A stretch of 30,230 nt of DNA. Origin: Candidatus Eiseniibacteriota bacterium (lineage in GTDB: Bacteria > Joyebacterota > Joyebacteria > Joyebacterales > Joyebacteraceae). The stretch covers positions 1 to 30,230 of the forward strand of contig JBDRFG010000090.1 of NCBI GenBank assembly GCA_043819135.1, written 5' to 3'. Positions 7,868 to 17,285 of this stretch are shown here, piece by piece (position 1 is the first letter of the stretch; every line of letters begins with the position of its first letter). The notes under the pieces are model-generated. The model saw only the letters and a program-made list of their open reading frames with translations. It ran no database searches and was not told the origin of the DNA. The position numbers and the translations under genes were made by a program.

Positions 7868-8347
7868 ATGGCTGTGACGTTCCACCCATCCAGGGAGGCC
7901 ATCGAGCTTGCCCTCAAGAGCATGAAGGAAGCCGGACTCGTGCACCCCGACGCGGCGTTCAACGAGGACGCGCCCGACGGTCTGCGCGGAGAGGTCACGT
8001 ATCGCGACCCGCACTTCTCCTACAGGCTCGGAAGGACGTCGCTCGAGAGCAGGATCGTCGACTCCGCGCTCGAACTCCTTAAGAGAGAAGGGCACGTGCC
8101 CGTCTCCGCCGACTACGACCGACAGGCGATGGAGAAGCACCGTGCCGAACTCAAGGAGGAGTTCGAGGGTCCGTTCGACTTCGTACGCCTGCCCGAGGGA
8201 GCGTGGGTCATCGCCCACGACAACCTCGACTGGACCGCTCAGAAGCAGATGGCGCCATACCTCGAGTTTGTACGCGACGAGGCGCACTTCAGCGAGAGCA
8301 TCTGCTTCGATATTGACGATTGCGGAATGGAGTTGTCCATCAAGTAG
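7868..8347 (+). CDS. Hypothetical protein (159 aa, acidic)
   Basis: SD-like AGGGGGA. GC3-biased codons. Followed by a terminator-like hairpin. Confidence 0.7.
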   Translation: MAVTFHPSREAIELALKSMKEAGLVHPDAAFNEDAPDGLRGEVTYRDPHFSYRLGRTSLESRIVDSALELLKREGHVPVSADYDRQAMEKHRAELKEEFEGPFDFVRLPEGAWVIAHDNLDWTAQKQMAPYLEFVRDEAHFSESICFDIDDCGMELSIK

Positions 8348-8380
8348 CGTCCCGGTCCAGGCACTGCCTGAGCCCGCCTG

Positions 8381-8406
8381 AGCGGCCCCTCCGGGGGCCG
8401 CTTTCC
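8381..8406 (+). terminator. Probable intrinsic terminator
   Basis: agcggcccc-tccg-ggggccgct 9-bp stem followed by a short pyrimidine tract, after the 7868..8347 stop. Confidence 0.55.
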
Positions 8407-8507
8407 ATGTTCAACCGTCCACGTGCGGGCGGAGTCAAAGCTTACGGTGAGAGCGTTTTGACCCTGCATCGGGACCGGGACAGACCCCCAAGCTTGCGGC
8501 ACCCCGA

Positions 8508-8568
8508 GAGGTCCAACGCAGGGAATACAGGGCGGACGCGGCGCGGGAGCCGCGTCCCCCTGGACCTC
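8508..8568 (+). promoter_or_regulatory. Nested stem-loop upstream of the 8602 uORF
   Basis: gaggtcca (8508-8515) pairs with tggacctc (8561-8568), enclosing ggacgcggc (8534-8542) paired with gccgcgtcc (8549-8557). Confidence 0.4.
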
Positions 8569-8601
8569 AGAAAGAACACGGGAGACAAGGAGACCGGACT
8601 G

Positions 8602-8697
8602 ATGGTATTCGGAACGAGAATGAGAAGTCTGCGGAGGCGACTGGGTACGTTCGCCTTCACGGCGTTGGCGCTGTTGCTGCTCACCTGTGTGAACTAG
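8602..8697 (+). CDS. 31-aa signal-peptide-like small protein MVFGTRMRSLRRRLGTFAFTALALLLLTCVN
   Basis: SD AAGGAG before ATG 8602. Basic n-region plus hydrophobic h-region. Shares RM.SL.RRLG, in register from the start Met, with the next gene. Confidence 0.55.
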   Translation: MVFGTRMRSLRRRLGTFAFTALALLLLTCVN

Positions 8698-8726
8698 ATC
8701 CACCTACCACGCTGCAGGTTGCCAGT

Positions 8727-8762
8727 ACGGGTGCCCGCCGGCTAGTCCTGGCGGGCGCCCGT
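8727..8762 (+). promoter_or_regulatory. Strong hairpin between the uORF and the S41 peptidase RBS
   Basis: acgggtgcccgcc / ggcgggcgcccgt 13-bp stem (one G-U). No U-tract. Ends about 8 nt before the SD. Confidence 0.45.
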
Positions 8763-8781
8763 CTGCGTGAAGGGGGGAGAG

Positions 8782-10161
8782 ATGAGACGGAGTGACAGGA
8801 TGATGTCGTTGAAGCGGCGTCTGGGGCTCGCGGTGCTCCTGACGCTGTTTGTTCTTCTGGCGACGACGCAGTGCTTCGCACAGACGCGCGTGGTCGTCGG
8901 CCAGGACGAGTCGAAGCCAGCAAGTGCCGAGTTCAAGGCGGCCGCGGTAGACTCCATCAGCTGGGCGCTCAACAAGACGTATGTCTTCGAGGACGTCGCC
9001 AGGGACATGGAGAAGCTCCTGCGCCGCAAGCTCAAGAACGGCGACTACGACGAGTTCGCGACCATCCAGGACTTTGCGCGTCAACTGACCGATGACATGC
9101 AGGAAGTCAGCGGCGACCGGCACCTCGGCGTGCGCTTCATGAGCGACGAGGCCGTTGCGGAGGCCGCGGCCGGCGACGAGGACCCTGAGGTCGCCCATAA
9201 GATGGCCTTCGAGCGCGGCAGTAAGCAGAACTTCCAGTTCAAGGAACTCGAGATCCTCGACGGCAACGTAGGCTATCTCAAGCTCAACGGCTTCAACGAC
9301 ACGTCGCTCTCGGGCCCGACCGCCGTGGCCGCGATGAACTTCCTCGCGCACACCGACGCCCTCATCATCGATCTGACGGAGAACGGCGGCGGCAGCCCTT
9401 CCCTCATACAGACCCTCATGGGCTACCTTCTGGACGACTCGACGCACCTGAACAGCTTCTACATCCGCGACGGCGATTCCCTGCGGCAGTTCTGGTCGGC
9501 GCCCTACGTGCCCGGCCCGAAGATGGTGGACACGGAGCTGTACGTTCTCACGAGCAGCCACACGTTCTCCGCGGCCGAGGAGTTCACCTACAACGTGAAG
9601 AACCTGAAGCGCGGGACGGTAGTCGGTGAGACAACCGGCGGAGGCGCGCATCCCGTCACGTCATACGTCATCGACGACATGAACCTGCTGGTCCGCGTGT
9701 CGTTCGGGCGCGCCATCAACCCCATCTCCGGCACGAACTGGGAAGGGACCGGCGTAGCGCCCGACATCGAGGTTCCGGCCGACCAGGCGTTCGACGTCGC
9801 CTACCTCGACGCCTTGAGCACGCTACGCGAGCGGGACATGAGCGACGAAGAGGCATTCCCGCTCGACTGGGCCATAGCGGGGCTCGACTCGAAGCTGAAC
9901 CTGGTTGAGGTGGACGCAGCGACTCTCGAATCCTATGCTGGTGACTACGGTCCCCGTCATCTCCGAGTAAAGGACGGCAATCTGTTCTACAACCGCGACG
10001 AGCGTGACCCGATCGTCGCGACGCCGATGACCGAGGCCATGTTCAGTTTCGACGCGGTGCCGTACTTCCGACTGGAGGTCGTGCTGGGTGACGACGGAGC
10101 GCCCGTCAAGATAGTCAGGCACTACGACAACGGCCACACGGACGAGAACCCGAGGGACTGA
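8782..10161 (+). CDS. Secreted S41 family peptidase (IRBP/CtpA-like)
   Basis: Signal peptide; GNVGYLKL, IIDLTENGGG, TFSAAEEF (catalytic Ser region), GETTGGGAHP, WEGTGVAPD. ATG 8782 follows a G-rich SD. Confidence 0.9.
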   Translation: MRRSDRMMSLKRRLGLAVLLTLFVLLATTQCFAQTRVVVGQDESKPASAEFKAAAVDSISWALNKTYVFEDVARDMEKLLRRKLKNGDYDEFATIQDFARQLTDDMQEVSGDRHLGVRFMSDEAVAEAAAGDEDPEVAHKMAFERGSKQNFQFKELEILDGNVGYLKLNGFNDTSLSGPTAVAAMNFLAHTDALIIDLTENGGGSPSLIQTLMGYLLDDSTHLNSFYIRDGDSLRQFWSAPYVPGPKMVDTELYVLTSSHTFSAAEEFTYNVKNLKRGTVVGETTGGGAHPVTSYVIDDMNLLVRVSFGRAINPISGTNWEGTGVAPDIEVPADQAFDVAYLDALSTLRERDMSDEEAFPLDWAIAGLDSKLNLVEVDAATLESYAGDYGPRHLRVKDGNLFYNRDERDPIVATPMTEAMFSFDAVPYFRLEVVLGDDGAPVKIVRHYDNGHTDENPRD

Positions 10162-10227
10162 TTCCGAATCCGATATACGAGCGGGCCCGGAGGGGCCCGA
10201 CTGACGACCGAGGCAAGGGGAGGGAGT

Positions 10228-13200
10228 ATGTTGGAGAGGCGACCGAGCGTTCCAATCGCAATTGGGATCGCACTTGTTCTGTTCGCATCGGCGGCGACGG
10301 CAGCGACGCCGCACGCCGGAATGCTGCGCTACCCGGACGTCAGCGAGACACACATCGTGTTCCGCTACGCCAACGATATCTGGACCGTGCCGAAGGAGGG
10401 TGGAGTGGCGGCGCCGCTCGCGAGCCCCGTGGGCAACGAGTCGCTCCCCAGATTCAGCCCCGACGGCGAGACCATCGCCTTCATGGCGAACTACGACGGC
10501 AACTACGACATCTACACCATTCCGGCGGAGGGCGGCACGCCGTACCGCGTGACGCACCATCCGAACTCCGAGCGGCCTGTCGACTGGACGCCGGACGGCG
10601 AGATCATCTTCTGGGCGTTCGGCATGAGCGACCACGCGCAGACGGTCCAGCTATACACCGTCCCGCCCGAGGGGGGGCCTCCCGAGCAGCTCCCGGTGCC
10701 CTACGGCTGGAACGCGTCCATCAGCGACGACGGGAAGTGGCTCGCCTACAACCCGTTCTCCAGCGACTACTCCACGTGGAAGCGCTACCGCGGGGGACGC
10801 GCGGCCGACATATGGCTCTTCAACCTGCGCGACCACTCGTCGAAGAAGATCACCGACTGGGAGGGCGCCGACACGTTCCCGATGTGGCACGGCGACAGCC
10901 TCTACTACGTATCCGACGCGGGTCCCGCGCACCGGCTGAACGTCTGGGTCTACGACACCAAGACCGAGCACAGCCGCCAGATCACGAAGCACCGCGACTA
11001 CGACGTCAAGTGGGCGTCCATCGGCCCCGACGCGATCGTCTACCAGTACGGTGCTGAGCTCCGCCTGCTCGACCTCGAGAGCGAGCGCTCGACCAAGGTG
11101 GACGTGAGAGTACCCGGTGACCACACCAAGGTGCGGCCGCAGCTCTTCGACGAAGCGGACCAGACTCATGGGGGCGGCATATCTGCGACCGGCAAACGCG
11201 CGGTCGTCAATGCGCGAGGTGACATCTGGACCATTCCGGCCGAGAACGGGATGCCCAGGGGCGTAACTCGCACCGACGATTCCATCGAGCGGAACCCGAC
11301 GTGGAGTCCGGACGGGAAATGGATCGCCTACACATCCGACGAGTCGGGCGAGTACGAGATCTACATCGCGCAGTCCGACGGCCGGGGCGAGACGAAGAAG
11401 CTCACCAACCGCAAGGGGAGCTACATCGAGGAGCTCACGTGGTCTCCCGACTCGGAGAAGCTGGCGTTCTTCGACAGCAGCGGCACTCTATACATACTCG
11501 AGGTCGAGTCGAAGGACGTCAAGAAGGTCTACAAGCGGGCGACCGGCGGCCGCGGTGTCAGCGTCAGCTGGTCGCACGACTCGAACTGGCTGACCTTCGC
11601 CGACCGCCCGACGATGCGGGAGGCCTGCTCCGCCGTCTTCCTGTACATCCTCGACGAGGACAAGCTCACGCAGGTGACCAGCACCATGTTCAACGACACC
11701 TGGCCGACCTTCGACCGCGCCGGCGACTTCCTCTACTACGCCAGTATGCAGGACTACACTTCATTCACCTCCGGCGACAATTTCGACACGTGGGTCTACG
11801 ACCAGACCGACCGCCTGTTGGCCGTACCGCTCCGCGAGGACGTCGAGTGGCCTCTCGTCCCCGAGAGCGACGAGGAGGAGTGGGACGACGAGGACGCCGA
11901 GGACGAGGACGGCGATGACGAGGGAGACGAAGAAGGCGAAGAGGGTGATGAGGACGCCAAGGACGACGCCGACGAGGACGGAGACGGCGACGCCGAGGAT
12001 GAAGACGGCGACGAGGACGCCGACGACGAAGACGAAGAGCCACTCGTCATCGATCTCGAGGGCTTCGAGCAGCGGGCTGTGCTCCTGCCCGTCGAGCGGG
12101 GCGGCTTCTACAATCTGGCCGTGAACCACGAGGGCAAGCTGCTCTGCCTGCGCCGCTCGGACGACGAGGCGGGCACGCTCCAGCTCGTCGACATCACGGA
12201 CGACGAGGAGATGGAGAAGACGGTGCTCACGGGCGTCGCGGGCTTCGACCTCTCTGGTGACGGCGAGAAGGTGCTCGCCGCGAACGAGTCGGGAGCACTC
12301 GCCATAGTCGATGCGGCGGCCGACCAGAGCTGGGACGAGATGCTCTCGACGGCCGGGATGGTGGTCGAAATAGACCCGAAGGTCGAGTGGATGGCGACGC
12401 TGCGCGACGCCTGGCGAATCATGCGCGACTTCTTCTACGACCCCGGCATGCACGGTGTGGACTGGGAGGGCGTGAGGAAGCAGTACGAGCCGATGGTCGA
12501 GGGCTGCGCGTCGCGGTCCGATCTCTCGTTCGTGATAGGCGAGATGATCGCCGAGCTCAACGTCGGACACGCCTACTACATGGGCGGCGAGAGCGATGAC
12601 ACGCCGGCCAGCGTCTCCGTCGGCATGCTCGGATGCGACTTCGAGCTCGACCACGGTGCGTACAAGGTGTCGAAGATCTACCAGGGCGGGCCGTGGGACT
12701 CGGACGCGAGGGGGCCCCTGAGCCAGCCGGGCATCGACGTCAGCGAGGGCGACTATATCCTCGAGGTGAACGGGGTGCCGGTCGACGCGGACAAGGACCC
12801 GTGGGCCGCCTTCCAGGGCCTCGCCGGCATGGAAGTGACGCTGACGGTCAACGAGGAGTCCTCGATCACCGACAGCGTGCGTCACGTGGTCGTCGAGCCC
12901 GTCGGGTCCGAAGGAGACCTCCGCTACCGCGCGTGGGTCGAGAAGAACCGCGCCTACGTCGAGGAGAAGTCCGGGGGCAGGGTCGGGTACATCTACGTCC
13001 CGGACACAGCCGCGGACGGACGCAACAACATCGCACGCCAGTTCGGGGGGCAGATGCACATGGATGCCCTCATCATCGACGAGCGCTGGAACGGCGGCGG
13101 CTGGTCGCCCGAGCGCTTCGTTGAGCTGTTCGACCGCCACCACGGCAGCTACTGGGCCGTGCGCGAAGTAGACGAGGGCGAGCCGGAGCCAGGGGTGGGG

Positions 13201-13608
13201 CACTATGGCCCCAAGTGCATGCTGATCAACGAGTCTGCAGGGTCCGGCGGTGACTCGTTCCCGTTCTGGTTCAGGGAGAGGGGAGTGGGCCCGCTCATCG
13301 GTACGCGGACCTGGGGCGGTCTGGTCGGACTGTCCGGCAACCCGCCTCTGGCGGATGGCGGTTACATGAGCGTGCCGCGCTTCGCGTTCTACAACAAGGA
13401 CGGGACGTGGGGCGTCGAGGGACACGGTGTCGACCCGGACATCGAGGTGGTCGACGACCCGGCCCTCATGGTTGACGGGGGAGACCCCCAGCTCGACAAG
13501 GCCATCGAGGTCATGCTGGACGAGATAGAGAAGAACCCGTTCGTTCGGGTGCCGAAGCCCGAGTACCCGAACCGCAGCGGGATGGGGATACGTCCCGAGG
13601 ACAAGTAG
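10228..13608 (+). CDS. Secreted tricorn-like protease (S41B) with beta-propeller (PD40-like) repeats and PDZ domain
   Basis: Signal peptide; repeated FSPDG/WSPDG; ELNVGHAY (His), IIDERWNGGG, AGSGGD (Ser), GTRTWGG, VEGHGVDPDIEV. Confidence 0.95.
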   Translation: MLERRPSVPIAIGIALVLFASAATAATPHAGMLRYPDVSETHIVFRYANDIWTVPKEGGVAAPLASPVGNESLPRFSPDGETIAFMANYDGNYDIYTIPAEGGTPYRVTHHPNSERPVDWTPDGEIIFWAFGMSDHAQTVQLYTVPPEGGPPEQLPVPYGWNASISDDGKWLAYNPFSSDYSTWKRYRGGRAADIWLFNLRDHSSKKITDWEGADTFPMWHGDSLYYVSDAGPAHRLNVWVYDTKTEHSRQITKHRDYDVKWASIGPDAIVYQYGAELRLLDLESERSTKVDVRVPGDHTKVRPQLFDEADQTHGGGISATGKRAVVNARGDIWTIPAENGMPRGVTRTDDSIERNPTWSPDGKWIAYTSDESGEYEIYIAQSDGRGETKKLTNRKGSYIEELTWSPDSEKLAFFDSSGTLYILEVESKDVKKVYKRATGGRGVSVSWSHDSNWLTFADRPTMREACSAVFLYILDEDKLTQVTSTMFNDTWPTFDRAGDFLYYASMQDYTSFTSGDNFDTWVYDQTDRLLAVPLREDVEWPLVPESDEEEWDDEDAEDEDGDDEGDEEGEEGDEDAKDDADEDGDGDAEDEDGDEDADDEDEEPLVIDLEGFEQRAVLLPVERGGFYNLAVNHEGKLLCLRRSDDEAGTLQLVDITDDEEMEKTVLTGVAGFDLSGDGEKVLAANESGALAIVDAAADQSWDEMLSTAGMVVEIDPKVEWMATLRDAWRIMRDFFYDPGMHGVDWEGVRKQYEPMVEGCASRSDLSFVIGEMIAELNVGHAYYMGGESDDTPASVSVGMLGCDFELDHGAYKVSKIYQGGPWDSDARGPLSQPGIDVSEGDYILEVNGVPVDADKDPWAAFQGLAGMEVTLTVNEESSITDSVRHVVVEPVGSEGDLRYRAWVEKNRAYVEEKSGGRVGYIYVPDTAADGRNNIARQFGGQMHMDALIIDERWNGGGWSPERFVELFDRHHGSYWAVREVDEGEPEPGVGHYGPKCMLINESAGSGGDSFPFWFRERGVGPLIGTRTWGGLVGLSGNPPLADGGYMSVPRFAFYNKDGTWGVEGHGVDPDIEVVDDPALMVDGGDPQLDKAIEVMLDEIEKNPFVRVPKPEYPNRSGMGIRPEDK
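11863..12039 (+). repeat. Low-complexity Asp/Glu tract inside the tricorn protease
   Basis: 59 codons, 44 of them D or E, with a single basic residue. Confidence 0.9.
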
Positions 13609-13650
13609 GCCTTGGCCTCATCGCGCTACGGCGCACATTAGTCCTTGGGC

Positions 13651-13690
13651 GAAGAGAGGGGCGGGCCGTTTGGCCCGCCCCTCTTCACTT
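13651..13690. terminator. Terminator between the convergent tricorn and C1A genes (probably bidirectional)
   Basis: agaggggcgggcc-gttt-ggcccgcccctct, a perfect 13-bp stem. Confidence 0.75.
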
Positions 13691-13719
13691 GTCTGGAGGC
13701 CGGTCGTCGCTCGTGACGG

Positions 13720-16212
13720 CTACCTCACCAGCACGAGCTTACCCGTCGCCGCTTCGCCGCCCGCCGTGACTCGCACGAAGTAGACGCCCGACGCCACGTC
13801 GTCCCCGTTGGCGTTCTTCCCGTCCCAGGCCCTCTCGTTCCTGCCCGCCGCGCACCTTTGCGCCGGCAGCCTCTTCACGAGACGTCCCGCCACGTTGTAG
13901 ACAGTCACGGTAGCGCTGCCATCCTCCGGCAGCATGAACGCTATCGTGGTCTCGCTGCGGAAGGGGTTCGGCCACGCCGGGTTCAGTCTCAGCTTGGCCA
14001 CGGGTTCTTCGATGTCCGGTGGGACGAGGTCGTAGGCCGATATCTCGACGTCGTCGATGTTCCAGCCGCAGTAGTGGGCCGTCAGATCCGTTTCGCCCAT
14101 GGTCCAGCGAACGCAGACCGCCTCTTCGCCGTCCGCGATGTCCGACACGTCGAGTTCGACCAGGGTCCACTCGTCGTCCGTCACCTCGTCCTCGTGGGTC
14201 CACACTGTCGTCCAGTTCTCGCCGTCCGCGCTCACGCTGACCAGGGCTTTGTCGTAGCGCTCCACCTCGACACCCAGCCAACGCCAGAAGCTCAGCTGCG
14301 TCAGCACGAACCCGGAGCAGTCGATCGGCCCCGTCGTCAGGTGCTCCTCGGACATCCCGTCGGGGTAGTCGCCGCTCAGGTTGTATCCGTAGACGAAGTC
14401 GCCCGTGTGCCCGCTCGTCGGGTCCGGTCCTCCGTTCTGTCCGCCCCCGCCGGTGGGCTGGCCGAACGCCCACAGCCCCTCGTGGGTCCAGCCGGGGTCC
14501 TCGTCGAACATCCACTGGTAACGGGATACCCGTCCTCCGACCGCGAGAGTGACCTCCCGGAACACGTCGCCCAGGTACTCAGATCCGGTCTCGAAGACCA
14601 CGCGGGCCCGGTGCACGCCTGGCCCGAGCTCGGCGGCGGCATTGTTCACCGTCACCGTGACCGTCACCGGGACGTCCACCTGGAGCGTGCCGTGCGCGTC
14701 TCCCACTATCGTGAGCCAGCTGACCGGCGGGTCGACGCTGACGTTGTACGCTACATCCTCCGCACCGTGGTACACGAACTCGTAGCGCGTGCTGTCGGGG
14801 GAGAAGGGGCCGCCGACCGGTCCCAGTGAATGGATGCCCTCGGTCGGGTCGAGCAGCAGGGAGAGGCCGTCCGTCAGGGCCTTGATGCAGAAGTTGGCGT
14901 CGGGGTCGTAGTCGGTCAAGTCGAGCCACGAGCCGCCGTCCCTGTAGTAGCTCTCCCCTGGGCCGGCGGACGAGTGGACGATGGCGCGATAGCTGGCGCC
15001 CAGGAGCACGTTGACCTCGCTGGTCGTGTCGTACGGCTGCCCGCCGCGTGAGAGCATCAAAGAGACCGCGAAGCGCTCGCCCGCGGAGAACGCGACCGGT
15101 GTCGCGAGGTCCACCGTGTGGAGTCCCTTGCGCTCGAACGTCCCTGTTACGGAGGCCAGTTCGTTGGGCAGCGCGGTTCCGGCGAACGCCGGGTGGATTC
15201 CCACCGTGTAGTCTACTGAGTCGGCGGCTGTGTAGAAGCTCACCGCGCGCACCATCTCATCTCCGGTCATGGTGAACACGTTGACCGCCTCGTACGCGCC
15301 CTCCAACGTGTCGCGCCAGCCGTGGTAGTCGTGATAGTAGACGTGCTCGTAGCCCATGAGTTCCACGTTCCGGAACGAGACGGCGCCCATCTGGGGCTCC
15401 TTGCACGCGTACTTGTCGTAGTACGAGATCCAGAAGTAGCCCTGGCTTCCCCAGTCGTCGCCCCAGCTGTTCTTGACGAGCCACGCGCCGACGTGCGGGG
15501 CGTGACTGGGCTTGCTGTCGTCCCATCCGACTATCGACACGGCGTGGTTGGGTTCGAGTGAAGACCCGGGCGGCTGGTAGTGCACGCCGTCCTCGAGGAA
15601 CATCTCGTCGGAGTGGAGACAGGTTGCGACGATACCGTGGTCGATCACGGACTGCTTGACGACGTCTATGGCCGACAGGTCCTCGCGCGCCGTCAGCCAC
15701 ACGATGTCGCGCGGGTAGTAGACGTGGTAGCTGGAAGAGGTTCTGCCGGGAGGGAAGTTGTACTCCTGGCCGTCGGAGTTCCGGACGGAGCCGTCGCCGC
15801 GCGACGTGTAGGCCGAGGTCATCAGGTAGTCGCCGCCGGCGTGGACATCCACGCCGTCCGACGGGTTGTTGGGATTGTTCTCGTCCTCGTTGAACTCCGT
15901 GTTGAACCCGTTCCACCAGTCGAGATGATACTCGGCCAGGTCGGGTTCCCCGTCCTCGCCGTTCGCCTCCCAGGAGCCAGACATAAGGAGATTGCTCTCC
16001 ATGGCCGCCATGGCCGCGTGCGTCCAGCACGTGCCCCCGCTCTGCTCCTTGACGCTGGTGACGTAATCCTCGCCGCCGACGTTCCGGAGGTCGAACGAAC
16101 TGGGGAGCTGGGCAGAGGCGGTTCCGGCGCAGAGCGAGACCGCGACCGCGAACGTCGCCGCAGTCAGTGCCGCCCGTGTGCGCGGGCTGAGCGTGTTGAG
16201 CCTGTGTCTCAT
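13720..16212 (-). CDS. Secreted C1A (papain-like) cysteine protease with lectin-like and Ig/BACON-like modules and a C-terminal FlgD-Ig/T9SS-like domain
   Basis: Start ATG 16212 (SD GAGGA); signal peptide ending ASA-Q; LPSSFDLR, QSGGTCW (Cys), NHAVSIVGW (His), KNSWG (Asn); C-terminal PNPF...YNVAGRLV...WDG...SGVYFVR. Confidence 0.92.
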   Translation of the reverse strand: MRHRLNTLSPRTRAALTAATFAVAVSLCAGTASAQLPSSFDLRNVGGEDYVTSVKEQSGGTCWTHAAMAAMESNLLMSGSWEANGEDGEPDLAEYHLDWWNGFNTEFNEDENNPNNPSDGVDVHAGGDYLMTSAYTSRGDGSVRNSDGQEYNFPPGRTSSSYHVYYPRDIVWLTAREDLSAIDVVKQSVIDHGIVATCLHSDEMFLEDGVHYQPPGSSLEPNHAVSIVGWDDSKPSHAPHVGAWLVKNSWGDDWGSQGYFWISYYDKYACKEPQMGAVSFRNVELMGYEHVYYHDYHGWRDTLEGAYEAVNVFTMTGDEMVRAVSFYTAADSVDYTVGIHPAFAGTALPNELASVTGTFERKGLHTVDLATPVAFSAGERFAVSLMLSRGGQPYDTTSEVNVLLGASYRAIVHSSAGPGESYYRDGGSWLDLTDYDPDANFCIKALTDGLSLLLDPTEGIHSLGPVGGPFSPDSTRYEFVYHGAEDVAYNVSVDPPVSWLTIVGDAHGTLQVDVPVTVTVTVNNAAAELGPGVHRARVVFETGSEYLGDVFREVTLAVGGRVSRYQWMFDEDPGWTHEGLWAFGQPTGGGGQNGGPDPTSGHTGDFVYGYNLSGDYPDGMSEEHLTTGPIDCSGFVLTQLSFWRWLGVEVERYDKALVSVSADGENWTTVWTHEDEVTDDEWTLVELDVSDIADGEEAVCVRWTMGETDLTAHYCGWNIDDVEISAYDLVPPDIEEPVAKLRLNPAWPNPFRSETTIAFMLPEDGSATVTVYNVAGRLVKRLPAQRCAAGRNERAWDGKNANGDDVASGVYFVRVTAGGEAATGKLVLVR

Positions 16213-16526
16213 CTGGAGTCCTCGCGTCGATGCATGAGGTACGTGTGTCGGTAATCGCTGTCTTGGATTCGGCCCCGCGAGAACTGCTGACGGGACCGCC
16301 AGGAGGGTGCCTCTGTGTGTGAGTCCGGTTACCGACAATCTACCACACCCGCGACGTTCCGGCAAGTCGGCCGAAGGCGCGCTCGGCGGGCCGACACGCG
16401 CAGCGCGCGGCCGCACGCGGCATGTGGACGACCCGTCCCTCCGTCTTCCTGAATGTGCTACTCTCTCTGACACGAGAGCTGCGGGAAGGTGTAACCGCGG
16501 CAGGATGCACCGGGGAGGTCAATGGC

Positions 16527-17219
16527 ATGACCAGCAAGGAGATCGTCGCCAGACTCAGGAAGCTCGCGGACCCGAAGAGGGCCGAGGGGATGTACATGTA
16601 CGGCATCAATGCGGAGAAGACCTTCGGCGTGCCGGTGCCGATGCTGAGGGCCATTGCGAAGGAGGCCGGCAGGGACCGCAAGCTCGCGGCCGAGCTCTGG
16701 AAGTCGGGGATCCACGAGGCGCGCATCATCGCCCCGCTCGTGGAAGAGCCGGACCGCGTCACGGAGAAGCAGATGGAGCGCTGGGTGCGCGACTTCGATT
16801 CGTGGGACATCTGCGACCTGTGCTGCAACAACCTCTTCTGGAAGACCGCTTTCGCGCACGACAGGGCCGCCGAGTGGAGCAAGCGCGACGAGGAGTTCGT
16901 CAGGCGGGCCGGGTTCGTGATGATGGCGGTGCTGGCCGTTCACGACAAGGCGGCGCCCGACTCGCGGTTCACGCCGTACCTCGCTGCGATCCGGCGCGCC
17001 TCCACCGACGAGCGCAACTTCGTCAAGAAGGCCGTCAACTGGGCCTTGAGGCAGATAGGGAAGCGTACTCCGGCGCTGAACAGACGGGCCATCGCCACCG
17101 CGGAGAAGATCGCAGGGCTTGATTCGAAAGCCGCGCGATGGATCGCCTCCGACGCTCTGAGAGAGCTCCGGAGCGAAAAGGTCCAGGAACGGCTGCGCCG
17201 CAAGGCCACGAAGGAGTGA
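16527..17219 (+). CDS. DNA alkylation repair protein (AlkD-like HEAT-repeat family)
   Basis: SD GGGGAGG and ATG 16527. FDSWDICD, EEFVRRAG, DERNFVKKAVNWALRQIGKR. Confidence 0.88.
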   Translation: MTSKEIVARLRKLADPKRAEGMYMYGINAEKTFGVPVPMLRAIAKEAGRDRKLAAELWKSGIHEARIIAPLVEEPDRVTEKQMERWVRDFDSWDICDLCCNNLFWKTAFAHDRAAEWSKRDEEFVRRAGFVMMAVLAVHDKAAPDSRFTPYLAAIRRASTDERNFVKKAVNWALRQIGKRTPALNRRAIATAEKIAGLDSKAARWIASDALRELRSEKVQERLRRKATKE

Positions 17220-17285
17220 TGTTCGTGTATACTATGAGCGTGACTACCTCACCTTAGACCCTGCAACTTCAACTGGAGGACGCCA

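Noticed and set aside
11863..12039. Possible tandem repeat or CRISPR-like array
   Set aside because: It is in-frame GAC/GAG low-complexity coding sequence with no repeat-spacer periodicity.
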